A stretch of DNA of 64,000 nt from Octopus sinensis (taxonomy: Eukaryota), in NCBI RefSeq assembly GCF_006345805.1, contig NC_043024.1, positions 11,904,001 through 11,968,000 of the forward strand, in the 5' to 3' direction. The notes under the pieces are model-generated. The model did not search any database. It saw only the letters and a list, made by a program, of their open reading frames with translations, and was not told the DNA's origin. Made by a program: the position numbers and the translations under genes. Positions 42,858 through 55,101 of the stretch are shown here, in pieces (position 1 is the first letter of the stretch; each line of letters begins with the position of its first letter).

Positions 42858-43366
42858 CCGTAAATCCTCGAGTATAGTCCGCCCTTGAGTATAATATGCA
42901 GGGGATTTTTCGGGGGCTGTACCTGAAAAACCTAAACCTTGTGTATTATAAGCACTCCTTCTCTAACTTGAGTCAAGGAGGTCTATATAACGTCCTTGGT
43001 TTGTAAAACTGTATACGGTAACGTCCTTTATTATTATTGTATATATAACATAATGCAAACGTGTAGCTTTTTTGTGCATTTTTTTTGCAGAAAATAAAGA
43101 AATAACAGTAATAACGTTTAATAAATGTTGCTTACTGCAAGTTATGGATGATTCTTTTAGGAATTCATTGCTTTCAGGCTTAGCTTTAGGTATTTTCGCT
43201 CTCGACATCACAAAATGCGTCTGAATAAACATTGCCGGACAGCAAATAGAGACTCAGACATTGCTTAGAAGATATTTTTCATTTTTAACCTCGTGTATAG
43301 TACGCAGTAGGGATTTTGACCGTTAAATTTTGGGGAAAAATGCGGATTATACTCGAGGATTTATGG
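42858..43366 (-). mobile_element. pogo-family MITE (reverse copy)
   Basis: Same TIR and internal sequence as 25744-26253. Confidence 0.85.
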
Positions 43367-44025
43367 TATATATGTATACATGTACAAATATTAAAGGAAA
43401 TAGAGGAATACAATTGACATATTAAAAATTTATTTACGTTAGAATATATAATTATACTATAAAAAGATATAATATAATGTAATATAATATAACAAATATT
43501 TAACACAAATATAAATCCAACAATTTGTTTCAACTCATATTCACCAGTGAATTTATAAAAATTCATATTTATTCATATGAGTCTCCTCAGGGTAATATTT
43601 AAAAAAAAAACAGACAAAAATTCCATGCAAGGCCTGCTAAACCATAAAAAAGACTGATAAGCATGTGTGTTAATAATTCAAAAATATAATAAATATAACA
43701 AAACCAAAATTCCAATAGATAAAATAATTAAATAAAGAAAAATTACAATGGTCTAAAATGTTCTTATGCATCTTTAATAATATTTATCTAAAGATAATAA
43801 TAAATCTCTGAACGAGGTATGACCTTTTTTTTTTCAAATACCTTAGGGCACAGAAAGTGTGCCTAAAGCCAGCTGGAGGAGATGTTCTCCTGGGGCTACA
43901 AGCTACAGTAACACCCACCCTTAGTGGTTAGCCATATTGAGATGGCAAATATACCTCACATTATCTAAAGATATTTTAATAAAAAATAATCTCTGGCCAT
44001 TTTATTATATAATAAGATCTATATA

Positions 44026-44431
44026 GGCGCAGGAGTGGCTGTGTGGTAAGTAGCTTGCTTACCAACCACATGGTTCCGGGTTCAGTCCCACTGCGTGGCA
44101 TCTTGGGCAAGTGTCTTCTGCTATAGCCCCGGGCCAACCAAAGCCTTGTGAGTGGATTTGGTAGACGGAAACTGAAAGAAGCCTGTTATATATATGTATG
44201 TATATATATATGTTTGTGTGTCTGTGTTTGTCCCCTTAGCATTGCTTGACAACCGATGCTGGTGTGTTTACGTCGCCGTCACTTAGCGGTTCGGCAAAAG
44301 AGACCGATAGAATAAGTACTGGGCTTACAAAGAATAAGTCCTGGGGTCGATTTGCTCGACTAAAGGCGGTGCTCCAGCATGGCCGCAGTCAACTGACTGA
44401 AGCAAGTAAAAGAGTAAAAGAGTAAAAGAGA
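44026..44431 (+). mobile_element. SINE family A, full length
   Basis: A/B boxes, core and GTAAAAGA tail; another full copy at 45330-45811. Confidence 0.85.
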
Positions 44432-44737
44432 TATAATATGTTAAGAATTTACGGTGGAGTAGGAAATATATTTCATTTAAAATTACTATATACTATGATG
44501 AAAAATATAAATAAATAAAGATATATTTTATTCAGATGCTAAATTCATTACGAACAAATTTTAAATTAATGATTCATTCGCTCAAAAGTGGAGACCCTAT
44601 ACGCCAAGGAAACCGGGAAACCGGCCCTTATGAGCCAGGCATGGCTCGAGAAAGAACAAACGAAATTCAGGTTGACAGAGTTTTCGATTTGATGCATTAA
44701 CCTTATGATAAATGCTTGTCTTTTTCTATAATTGTAG

Positions 44738-44842
44738 CTGTGTGTTACCCACCCTGCAGAAATGGGGGTACATGTGATGAACCCAATGAATGTACCTGTC
44801 GTTCAGACTTCGGAGGTTACCGCTGCGAAGATAGAATTTCTG
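44738..44842 (+). CDS. SSPO: Coding exon 4: EGF-like domain (VCYPPCRNGGTCDEPNECTCRSDFGGYRCEDRIS)
   Basis: ttgtag acceptor, G|gtaagc donor, six-Cys EGF spacing, phase 1-1. Confidence 0.93.
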
Positions 44843-45078
44843 GTAAGCATTCTTGTTACATCAATAATCAATAAGGTAAGAAAGAATAATCTGTTAAAAT
44901 ATATTTTGATGGTAATTATATTGTGAATATATTCGCTCTATCGCTCCACCACCGGTCATGTCTCTGAGAAATTTAGAAATTCAATATTTCTAATTACGGT
45001 GACCAGTGAATAGATTTCACTGTAAATAGATATATTTGGAAAGGCTTGGCAGGCATCTCAGCTAGCGGGACTCGCTAC

Positions 45079-45125
45079 TCTGCACTGATGACGAGCAAAA
45101 CCCAGAAACATGCATGTCTTCAGGT
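45079..45125 (+). ncRNA. Degenerate hammerhead motif inside a long imperfect hairpin
   Basis: CTGATGA 45085-91, GAAAC-ATGCAT-GTC 45105-18; stem II broken; flanks 45047-45155 partly self-complementary. Confidence 0.4.
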
Positions 45126-45495
45126 TGCTAGTCCTAGCTGGCGAGGGTGCTTGTCTCCCCTTTGCAAATATAAGGACACAGGAAATGTGTCAAAGCCGAC
45201 AGGAAGCGTCGATGCTTCCTAGGGCTAAACAGCGGTGGTGTAATTCCCTTTACGGACAGTCACGTTATGTTGACATTATACAACCACTATATTGTGAATA
45301 ATTTCCCATGATATATATTCTTAGTAGACAGGCGCAGGAGTGGCTGTGTGGTAAGTAGCTTGCTAACCAACCACATGGTTCCGGGTTCAGTCCCACTGCG
45401 TGGCACCTTGGGCAAGTGTCTTCTGCTATAGCCCCGGGCCGACCAATGCCTTGTGAGTGGATTTGGTAGACGGAAACTGAAAGAAGCCTGTCGTA

Positions 45496-45571
<76 letters not shown>

Positions 45572-46078
45572 GTTATATATATATATATGTATGTATGTAT
45601 TGTGTGTATTTGTGTGTCTGTGATTGTCCCCCTAGCATTGTGCTGGTGTGTTTACGTCCCCGTCGCTTAGCGGTTCGGCAAAAAGAGACCGATAGAATAA
45701 GTACTGGGCTTACAAAAAGAATAAGTCCCGGGGTCGAGTTGCTCGACTAAAGGCGGTGCTCCAGCATGGCCGCAGTCAAATGACTGAAACAAGTAAAAGA
45801 GTAAAAGAGTATGTGTTCTGTATCCCTTTGCAAATAGAAATTGTGGTCGAACAATGGGACCCACTCTGCATATGAAACCCAGGAGCTACCTGATCAGTTG
45901 CAAGCAATATATGTCTTTCTGTTCTAAGTTCAATTTCCACTGAGGTCAACTTTGCCTTTCATCCTTTCAGGGTCGATAAAATAAGTACCAGTTGAGTACT
46001 GGGATCCATGTAATCAACTTACCCTCTCCTGTGAACTTGCTGGCCTTGTGCCAAACTTTGACACCATTATTATTATTG

Positions 46079-46112
<34 letters not shown>

Positions 46113-46132
46113 CATCATCATCATCATCATCA

Positions 46133-46184
<52 letters not shown>

Positions 46185-46510
46185 TATTACGGTAGTGAAT
46201 GAGCAGAAAAAAGTTAGGGCATCGGGCAAAGTACTTTGTGGACATTCAACTGGCATTGTGAGTTCAAATCCTGCTGAGGTCAACTTTGCCTTTCGTCCCT
46301 CCTGTCAAGTAATTATTTGTGTCCGCGTGAATCGACTAATTTCGCTCCTCTCAAGATTGCTGGACTCGTGCTTAAATTAGAAACTATCTCCTTCATCATC
46401 ATCATCATCGTCCTTTGTCAACATTTCAAATTCAAAAATAAAAACAACGTGAAACTCCCACCAAAAAATTAAAATATTTTTTTGTTTTTTTTCTTGTTTG
46501 ATCCTTGCAG

Positions 46511-46681
46511 ACGTGTCCCATTCGATGGGTTACTGTTACAGTGGGAGCCATTGTTTCGGAGAAAAGGCCAAACACAAGCAAAACATCGTGTACACCTACG
46601 CCGATTGTTGCCAGGGCAACGCAGCCAGCAGCTGGGGCCTCACCAATTCCAAATGCATTGCTTGCGAAATCACGGGCAACT
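46511..46681 (+). CDS. SSPO: Coding exon 5: TB/hybrid-like Cys module (GYCYSGSHCFG...YADCCQGNAASSWGLTNSKCIAC)
   Basis: ttgcag acceptor, T|gtgagt donor, CC...SWG...C..C pattern, phase 1-1. Confidence 0.9.
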
Positions 46682-46747
46682 GTGAGTTATCTCTTTCGTG
46701 CCTCCCTTTCATGTCCCCCTCTCTCTTTCTTTCAATCACACTCTCCT

Positions 46748-46790
<43 letters not shown>

Positions 46791-47196
46791 CCTCTATCTC
46801 TCTAACTGTCATTTACATGCCATTCTCTCTCTCTCTCTCTCTATCTATCTATTTATCTATCTATCTATCTGTCACATTATTGACCGAGGTTACCGTGGTC
46901 TTTTCCGTAGGCTTTCTTTCCACGGATAAACCTTATCTATTTCCCCCTTTACACTTTACATCATGACATTTCTGTGATACTCGATCCCTATTAATCGTTT
47001 TTTCTTTTCCCTTCTTTTTCTCTTTCTTTTTTCTTTGTTTCTTTTCTTTTCTTCTTTCCCCTTTACGATCCCTTTTGATCGAAAACCTACCCTACTTTTT
47101 TATTTTATTTTTTTTTCTCTGTCCTCAAAAATGAAACACTCTACTTTGTAATTTGTCCCGTCTGTGTGCAGATCTGTGTGGCTAATAAAGAAACAT

Positions 47197-47219
47197 ATCT
47201 ATCTATCTATCTATCTATC

Positions 47220-47283
<64 letters not shown>

Positions 47284-47321
47284 CCTACCTATCTATCTCT
47301 CTATCTGTCTATCTATCTATG

Positions 47322-47391
<70 letters not shown>

Positions 47392-47511
47392 CCTAACTAT
47401 CTATCTCTCTATCTGTCTATCTATCTATCCATCTCTCTCCCCCTCTCTCTCTATCTCTCTATCAGTCTATCCATCTGTCTGTCTCTGTCTATACATTTAT
47501 CTATCTATTTT

Positions 47512-47544
<33 letters not shown>

Positions 47545-47671
47545 ATATATATATATCTATCTATCTATATATCTATCTATCTATCCATCTCTCTCCCCCC
47601 TCTCTCTATCTATCTATCAGTCTATCCATCTGTCTGTCTCTGTCTATACATTTATCTATCCATCCATCCAC

Positions 47672-47746
<75 letters not shown>

Positions 47747-47784
47747 CCTACCTATCTATCTCTCTATCTGTCTATCTATCTATG

Positions 47785-47832
<48 letters not shown>

Positions 47833-47833
47833 C

Positions 47834-47876
<43 letters not shown>

Positions 47877-48012
47877 AATCTATCTTCCTAACTATCTGTC
47901 TATCTATCCATCTATCTATCTATCCATCTCTCTCCCCCCTCTCTCTCTATCTATCTATCAGTCTATCCATCTGTCTGTCTCTGTCTATACATTTATCTAT
48001 CCATCCATCCAC

Positions 48013-48074
<62 letters not shown>

Positions 48075-48168
48075 ATCTATCCATCTCTCTCCCCCTCTCT
48101 CTCTATCTATCTATCAGTCTATCCATCTGTCTGTCTCTGTCTATACATTTATCTATCCATCCATCCAC

Positions 48169-48220
<52 letters not shown>

Positions 48221-48324
48221 ATATCTATCTATCTATCCATCTCTCTCCCCCTCTCTCTCTATCTATCTATCAGTCTATCCATCTGTCTGTCTCTGTCTAT
48301 ACATTTATCTATCCATCCATCCAC

Positions 48325-48415
<91 letters not shown>

Positions 48416-48416
48416 A
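47197..48416. repeat. (TATC)n tract with ~120-bp higher-order repeats
   Basis: Recurrent CCATCTCTCTCCCCCTCTCTCT..CAGTCTATCCATCTGTCTGTCTCTGTCTATACATT cassette about 5 times. Confidence 0.95.
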
Positions 48417-48631
48417 TTAACTATTCTACATGCATATAAATATAAACTATGGTTATGGGGGTATGATTATCTATTATGTATATTTCCTATTTAGTACTGG
48501 GGATATTTCATTTATGAGGATGAGCTCATGTATTTGTCTAAGTGTTGGGTCCTTTGGGTGCTTGGATAAAATGCGGATGTCACGCCTTGGCAGCAAAAAT
48601 TGTCTTCTACATTTGTTTTCTTCTTTTACAG

Positions 48632-48834
48632 TAACCGCAAAAGATGTTGTCAAAAAGGCGCATGCCCTTCCATTTGCCACTTGCCGAAATTTTGGACCAT
48701 ACAGTTATCGAACTTTTGATGGTGTCCTTTATGATTTCTCTGGGAACTGTAAATATACATTGGCCGTAAAACCAGGACTATGGAGCATCGATTTGACCAT
48801 TCAGAACTGCTCTCGGCTTGAAACTTGCAAAAAG
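48632..48834 (+). CDS. SSPO: Coding exon 6: start of VWD1 (ATCRNFGPYSYRTFDGVLYDFSGNCKYTLA)
   Basis: ttttacag acceptor, AAG|gtaaat donor; TFDG..Y.F.G.C.Y.L VWD motif. Confidence 0.95.
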
Positions 48835-48880
48835 GTAAATCATTCCATCTTTGAGTACTTTTGGAACACTGAACCATTAA

Positions 48881-49352
48881 CCCTTTTCGTTACCATATTT
48901 CTGTTGAGATGTTCTGTGTTTCTTTCAATTAATTTTAAATATAACAAAGAATTTAGTAAAATAACTTAGTCATCATTAAGCTAGTGTTAGGAACAAATTG
49001 TGACTAAGGTTTGGTGGAAGATTTTAATTCAGAACTTAAGAAAACAAAACATTTGTACTCAGAGCCAGAAACAGTCTCAGCCGGGTTGGTATCAAAAGGG
49101 TTAAGAATTGTTTCTCTATTATATATTTTAACCCTTTTGTTACCATATTTCTGTTGAGATGCTCTGTGTTTCTTTCAATTACTTTAAATATAACAAAGAA
49201 TTCAGTAAAATAACTTGGTTATCATTCAGCTAGTGTTAGGAACATAAATTGTGACTAAGGTTTGGTGGAAGATTTTAATTCAGAACTTTTGAAAACTAGA
49301 CATTTGTACTACAGAACCAGAGTCGGTTTCAGCCTGGTTGGTATCAAAAGGG
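48881..49352 (+). mobile_element. piggyBac-like MITE dimer, 46 nt downstream of exon 6
   Basis: TTAA at 48877-80, 49101-04, 49128-31 and 49353-56; CCCTTT/AAAGGG termini. Confidence 0.85.
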
Positions 49353-49623
49353 TTAAAATTAATTTTTCACATTTTGAAAAGTGATTCTTTTATGAGTCGA
49401 CGACAAAGATTGTTGGAACTGAAAAATGTAGCATTGTATTACTATATAAAAATTCTTAGGCCTTCTGTATATGGAATGGTTGGCAAGGGCGAATGGAGTG
49501 AGGTGGTATGGGTATGTGTTGAGGAGGGATGAGGAGGGATGAAGATTATGAAGACTTGCACAAAGAAATGCACAGGACCTATATTCAGGGAATCAGAGAC
49601 TGACCCCTTGAAATCAGGAAGCT

Positions 49624-49709
49624 TATTATTATTATTATAATTATTATTATTACTATTATTATTATCATTATTATTATTATTATTGTTATTATTATTGTTG
49701 TTGTTGTTG

Positions 49710-49762
<53 letters not shown>

Positions 49763-49859
49763 GTTATTATTATTACTATTATTTATTATATTATTATATT
49801 ATTATTATTATATTATTGTTGTTATTATTATTGTTATTATATTATCATTATTATTATTA

Positions 49860-49913
<54 letters not shown>

Positions 49914-49950
49914 TATATATTATTATTATTATTATTATTATTATTTTATT
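49624..49950. repeat. (ATT)n (also 46066-46190)
   Basis: Direct inspection. Confidence 0.95.
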
Positions 49951-50003
49951 ACAAAATGAGGTTGAAAAATGAATATACTCACACACGACACACTCTATTT
50001 CAG

Positions 50004-50106
50004 AGGCTGGACATAAGATTCAGTGAGACCAAGATCACAGCCAATGGCCATAATATCCTGATGGGCACACACAAGTTAGACTTGTCTGATTCACAGTATT
50101 TTAATG
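50004..50106 (+). CDS. SSPO: Coding exon 7: VWD1 middle (RLDIRFSETKITANGHNILMGTHKLDLSDSQYFN)
   Basis: tttcag acceptor, G|gtttgt donor; phases 0 and 1 fit the neighbouring exons. Confidence 0.85.
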
Positions 50107-50233
50107 GTTTGTATTAAATAATCTTTATAATTCATCTGTTGTCTAATTTATTTAAGAGATTGTCTAATAATTAACTAGTTGTCAAGCTGTGTTGGAGACA
50201 ACCAAAGTAAGAAGACACACACACACACACACA

Positions 50234-50280
<47 letters not shown>

Positions 50281-50329
50281 ACACCTATATATATTTGAAA
50301 TTTACAGAAGAACAAAAGACGAAGACAGG

Positions 50330-50945
50330 TGTATAAACAACAAGCAGGTGTACTAGTTTGATGCTTGGGAAAGCGAGAAAGTCTTTTATGTTTCGAGCCT
50401 ATGCTCTTCAACAGAAAGGAACACGAGGAAATAAACAGAGAGAGAATAAAAATGGATTTAGTGGTCAATCATGGCGACTGGTTACAAAATGGTAGTTGCA
50501 CAGGAGAGCTGGCAAGAAGGGGAGATAATAAAGTACTGGTGATCTCAAAATGAAGGTGCACATGTGTGTGTCTGTATGTGAGAGTGTGTAAGTGACTAGC
50601 ACTAACCACTTCCTAGCACCCACACCATCATCCACACACCCACACATTACAGATGCACACACACGCACACATTCACACGTCAAAGTCACCAGCCTCTATC
50701 CACGCGCACACACTTACACACTCTTACTTACAGACACACACATGCGACCTTCGTTTTAGGATCACCAGTACTTTATTATCTCCCTTTCTTCCTAGCTCTC
50801 CTGTCCATCTACCTTTTTCTAACCAGTCGCCATGATTGGCCACTAAATCCACAAGTTCTTTTTGTATTCTCCCTCTGTTTATTTTCTCGTGGTCATTTCT
50901 GTTAAAGTGCATAGGCTCAAAACGTTAAAGACTTTCTCACCTTCT
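50330..50945. repeat. Penelope-type inverted repeat with degenerate hammerhead (CTGTTGA variant at ~50385-50428, minus)
   Basis: 50370-50530 mirrored by 50760-50940. Confidence 0.65.
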
Positions 50946-51226
50946 GAGAGTTTTCTCTCTCAGTAAAATAGTGCAGTATTTGTATGTTCTTACACTACAT
51001 CCACTTTTAAGTGGTGAATATTTTAGCTATTCATTTACTTTATATTATTTGTTGTATGAGTGATCGATAACATTAATAAGCCCGTCCATTTTTTTAATAT
51101 CATATTTTATTATTTGAATGGGACTTTCTTTCCAACTTAAAATATATACAGATTCATTTCTTATATAGCCATTATTTTTGCAATGGCATTAAAACCACCA
51201 TCTTTCTACATTCTACATTTTCGTAG

Positions 51227-51391
51227 GTACAAGTATCGTGCTGAAAGACGACTTTGTGCATATTGAAAACTCTGCCTTGGGATTGAAAATAAAATTCGAT
51301 AACGAATCTTCAGTGTATGTGACCCTCCAAAACAGCGCCAAATCTAAGAACATCAAAGGATTGTGTGGGAACTACAATGATAACCCCACTG
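51227..51391 (+). CDS. SSPO: Coding exon 8: VWD1 (GLKIKFDNESSVYVTLQ...IKGLCGNYNDNPT)
   Basis: tcgtag acceptor, G|gtaagt donor; GLCGNYN motif. Confidence 0.95.
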
Positions 51392-51676
51392 GTAAGTGAG
51401 CCATTCCTTCTGGTTTTGATTCTTAATACATAGACCCCACGCCCCATACCGCAGCCTCACCCCCAGGGCTTATATTTCAAGCTGCGTGACGGACCTACTA
51501 TTGCTGGTGGTACGTAAAAAAAGGCAGCCGGTACATGCTATAAAGTGGTTGGCATCAGGAAGAGCATCCAGTCATAGGGACCATGTTACAACAGAGATTG
51601 GGAGCAACATTGCAGTTCTTGGACCCATCAGATCTTGTCAAACCATCCGACCCATGCTATCATGGAACATGGATAT

Positions 51677-51939
51677 TAATGATGATGACGATGATGATGA
51701 TAATGATGATGACGACGACGACGATGACGATGATGACGATGATAATGATAATGATGATGATGACGATGATGACGATGATGACGATGATGATGACGTTGAT
51801 GATGATAATGATGATGACGACGACGACGATGACGATGATGACGATGATGATGATGATGATGATGATGACGATGATGACGATGATGATGATGATGATGGTG
51901 ATGACGATGATGATGATGGTGATGATGATGATGATGATG
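51677..51939. repeat. (GAT/GAC)n
   Basis: Direct inspection. Confidence 0.95.
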
Positions 51940-52458
51940 TTACAGTAAGCAGTGCTGCCATGTTGGTTTGGGAGACCTCAAGTCATATTGTCTGTGTGTG
52001 CGTGTGTGTGTATGTGTGCGTGTGTGTGCATGTGTGCGTGTGTGTGCCAGACAAATTCTTTGTCTTATGTAATATGGATTTAATAATGATATAGTGATAT
52101 GAGGAAGCGCAATGGCCCAGTGGTAAGGGCAGCGGACTCGCGGTTTCGATTCCCAGACCGGGCGTTGTGTGTGTTTATTGAGCGAAAACACCTATAAAGC
52201 TCCACGAGGCTCCGGCAGGGGGTGGTGGCGAACCCTGCTATACTCTTTCGCCCCAACTTTCTCTCACTCTCTCTCTTCCTGTTTCTTGAGTAACGCTGCG
52301 ATGGACTGGCGTCCTGTCCAGCTGGGGGGAACACATTTGCCATAGAAACCGGAAAACCGGGCCCATGAGCCTGGCCAGGCTTGAAAAGGGCGACGTTTAC
52401 GTTATAATGATATAACACAGATTTAATAATATTGCTTTCATTTTTCTGTTCTTTCCAG

Positions 52459-52544
52459 ATGATTTCATCACTCGAGAGAACAAAGTTGTCAGCAGTTCAG
52501 AAGAATTTGCCAATTCCTACATAATTCCAGACAGTCTGAACCCA
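52459..52544 (+). CDS. SSPO: Coding exon 9: VWD1 end (DDFITRENKVVSSSEEFANSYIIPDSLNP)
   Basis: ttccag acceptor, CCA|gtatga donor; DDF...F.NS motif. Confidence 0.88.
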
Positions 52545-52701
52545 GTATGATGCTTAATCCTGATTCGTATAATGTTTTATAACCCTTTCATTTGTATATA
52601 TACAAAGTCTATATATGTATGTGTATGGGGAAAGTTTTTGGTGTCATTTATTCTCCATTACACGTGTTTCATTTGCTAACAGGAATCACAAACGTCTACA
52701 T

Positions 52702-52922
52702 CAGTGGTTTTCAACCAGGGTTCCGCGGAACCTGAGGGTTCCGCCAGTACAGTCCAGGGGTTCCGCAAGAAGTTACAAAACTGCTAAAATCGACAGTAAT
52801 TTTTAATTCTCCTGTGCAGATATGTGTGCATAAGACAATTAAATTATTGCACAGGGAATGTCCTCGAGCCAGTGGAATGTTTCCTTGGGGTTCCGCTCCA
52901 GCAAAAAGTTTGAAAAGCACTG
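52702..52922 (-). mobile_element. hAT MITE monomer
   Basis: Same family as 9004; 8-bp TSD GTCTACAT. Confidence 0.88.
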
Positions 52923-53250
52923 GTCTACATGTTAGACAGACATGTAGGAATTTCCTTACATGTCTATCTAATATGTAAACGTTTGTGATGCCTGTTAGCA
53001 AATGAAACACGTGTAATGGAGAATAAATAATAATACAAAACAATTTCTACTTACCTGTTTTGTTATACAATAACTGTGCAAATGATATTTCTATAATTCT
53101 CAGTTTTAATATGTATTTTGACGAACATAAAGTGGCAACTGTGGATACATTGGATTGCAATAAGGGAATAAGCAGATGTGCTTTAAGGGGAAACAGCTGA
53201 GATTTTCCCTAACTAGCTACATTATATACATACATACATACATACATACA

Positions 53251-53288
<38 letters not shown>

Positions 53289-53305
53289 ATATATAACTTA
53301 TATAT

Positions 53306-53341
<36 letters not shown>

Positions 53342-53709
53342 ATGGATGAAAGTTGAAGGAAGGCTGTCATATATATAGTGAAGACTCAAGGGTTAGAGCG
53401 TCGAGCTTACGATCGTGAGGTTGTGAGCTCGAATCCCGGTCCGGGCTGCGTGTTGTGCTCTTGAGCAAGACACTTTATTTCACGTTGCTCCAGTTCACTC
53501 AGCTGTAGAAATGAGTTGCGACGTCACAGGTGCCAAGCAGTATCGGCCCCTTTGCCTTTCCCTTGGATAACATCAGTGGTGTGGAGAGTGGAGGCCGGTG
53601 TGCATGGGCGACTGCTGGCCTTCCATAAATAACCTTGCCCAGACTTGTGCCTGGGAGGGTAACTTTCTAGGTGCAATCCCATGGACAGTCATGACCGAAG
53701 GGGGTCTCA

Positions 53710-53751
<42 letters not shown>

Positions 53752-54121
53752 ATATATATATATATCTATATATATATATATGATATATATATATATATAT
53801 ATATGAATGGGGTGTCTCCTCTCCTTCTCTTGAAATTACATGATAGCTGTCCATGATTGTCCCTGTCATACAAGCAGAGTCATCCATTCCCAATATTCTA
53901 CAAGACCAAGTCTGGCGATGAGGAAATATTAACTTGCTTAGAACCATTTGAGGATTGGCAGCAAAAAGAGTATCTAGCTGTAGAAAACCAGTCTCAATAA
54001 ACTTCATCCATACCATGCAAGAAGGAAAAAGTGGGTGTTAAATTGATGATGATGATGATGATGAAGACGATGATGATGATGAAGACGATGATGATGATGA
54101 AGACGATGATGATGATGATGA

Positions 54122-54164
<43 letters not shown>

Positions 54165-54503
54165 TAGGGAGTATAACTACAAACTTACAGGGAAAAATTC
54201 AATTTAGTATTAAATCAAATTTCACAATAAATATGATATAAATTAGAGAAAAAAACACTATTATGCAATTCAAACAATGATAGACATAAACCAAATCATA
54301 AATAAAAAATAAAATATATTTTTATAAAACATATAACTAGATCACAAAAAGTATAAAAATAAATAATCAATATATAATAAGTAAAAAAAACTACGTACAT
54401 TTCATGGCTATAAAAATATATTTTATTATTTGGTTTGTGTCTATCCTTGTTTGAATTGCATAATAGTGTTTTTTCTCTAATTTATATATTTATATATATA
54501 TAA

Positions 54504-54536
<33 letters not shown>

Positions 54537-54987
54537 AGTTCAGCAAAATTTAGATTCAGATGAATATGGTACTTAAGTTAAAGGCACCAGAATTTTGTAT
54601 GGTATTATCCATATAAATCAAATGGGGTGATTATAATCAAAATAAGCAACAAAGATATCCAAGGTAGAGTAGTACAATTGTTTCATGCTACTTCATTTTA
54701 TTAAACGCTGTAAGTATTACATCAGTTTTAAAATGTCGAGCAATCTTCAGCCACATATAGACTTTTTTAATTAAACGTACAATGCACATTCTTATACTTA
54801 TTGGAAATATATATATATACACATATATATATACTCACACATATAAGTGTTAGCCTGTTACATGGTTGCCATTTATAAAGTTTGACTATAATCTTGTTTA
54901 TCTTACATATGACTTACAACTGTTTACCAATAAATTAATCTTGATGTGTGTGTTTATTTTTAATGTGCATTTTTTTGTCTTCCTTAG

Positions 54988-55101
54988 TGTATCCCCACAG
55001 AACGATTCCCAAGACAGTGCATCAACAAATTCCAGGAACAAACTGCAATTCGGATGTGCAGCAGTATCAAGTCTCATAAGTTCGTTCGTTGCCACATGAA
55101 G
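54988..55101 (+). CDS. SSPO: Coding exon 10: linker/C8 start (CIPTERFPRQC...MCSSIKSHKFVRCHMK)
   Basis: ttccttag acceptor, AAG|gtgagt donor; C...F..CH C8 pattern, phase 0-0. Confidence 0.92.

Noticed and set aside
46498-46929. 143-aa ORF as a stand-alone gene
   Set aside because: Only 46511-46681 is exon; the rest is intronic (CT)n read-through. The same applies to ORFs 48430-48969, 56348-56677 and 59147-59374
47164-48420. 418-aa LSIY-repeat ORF
   Set aside because: (TATC)n microsatellite inside intron 5
51486-52094. Poly-Asp ORF
   Set aside because: (GAT)n tail of a retroelement
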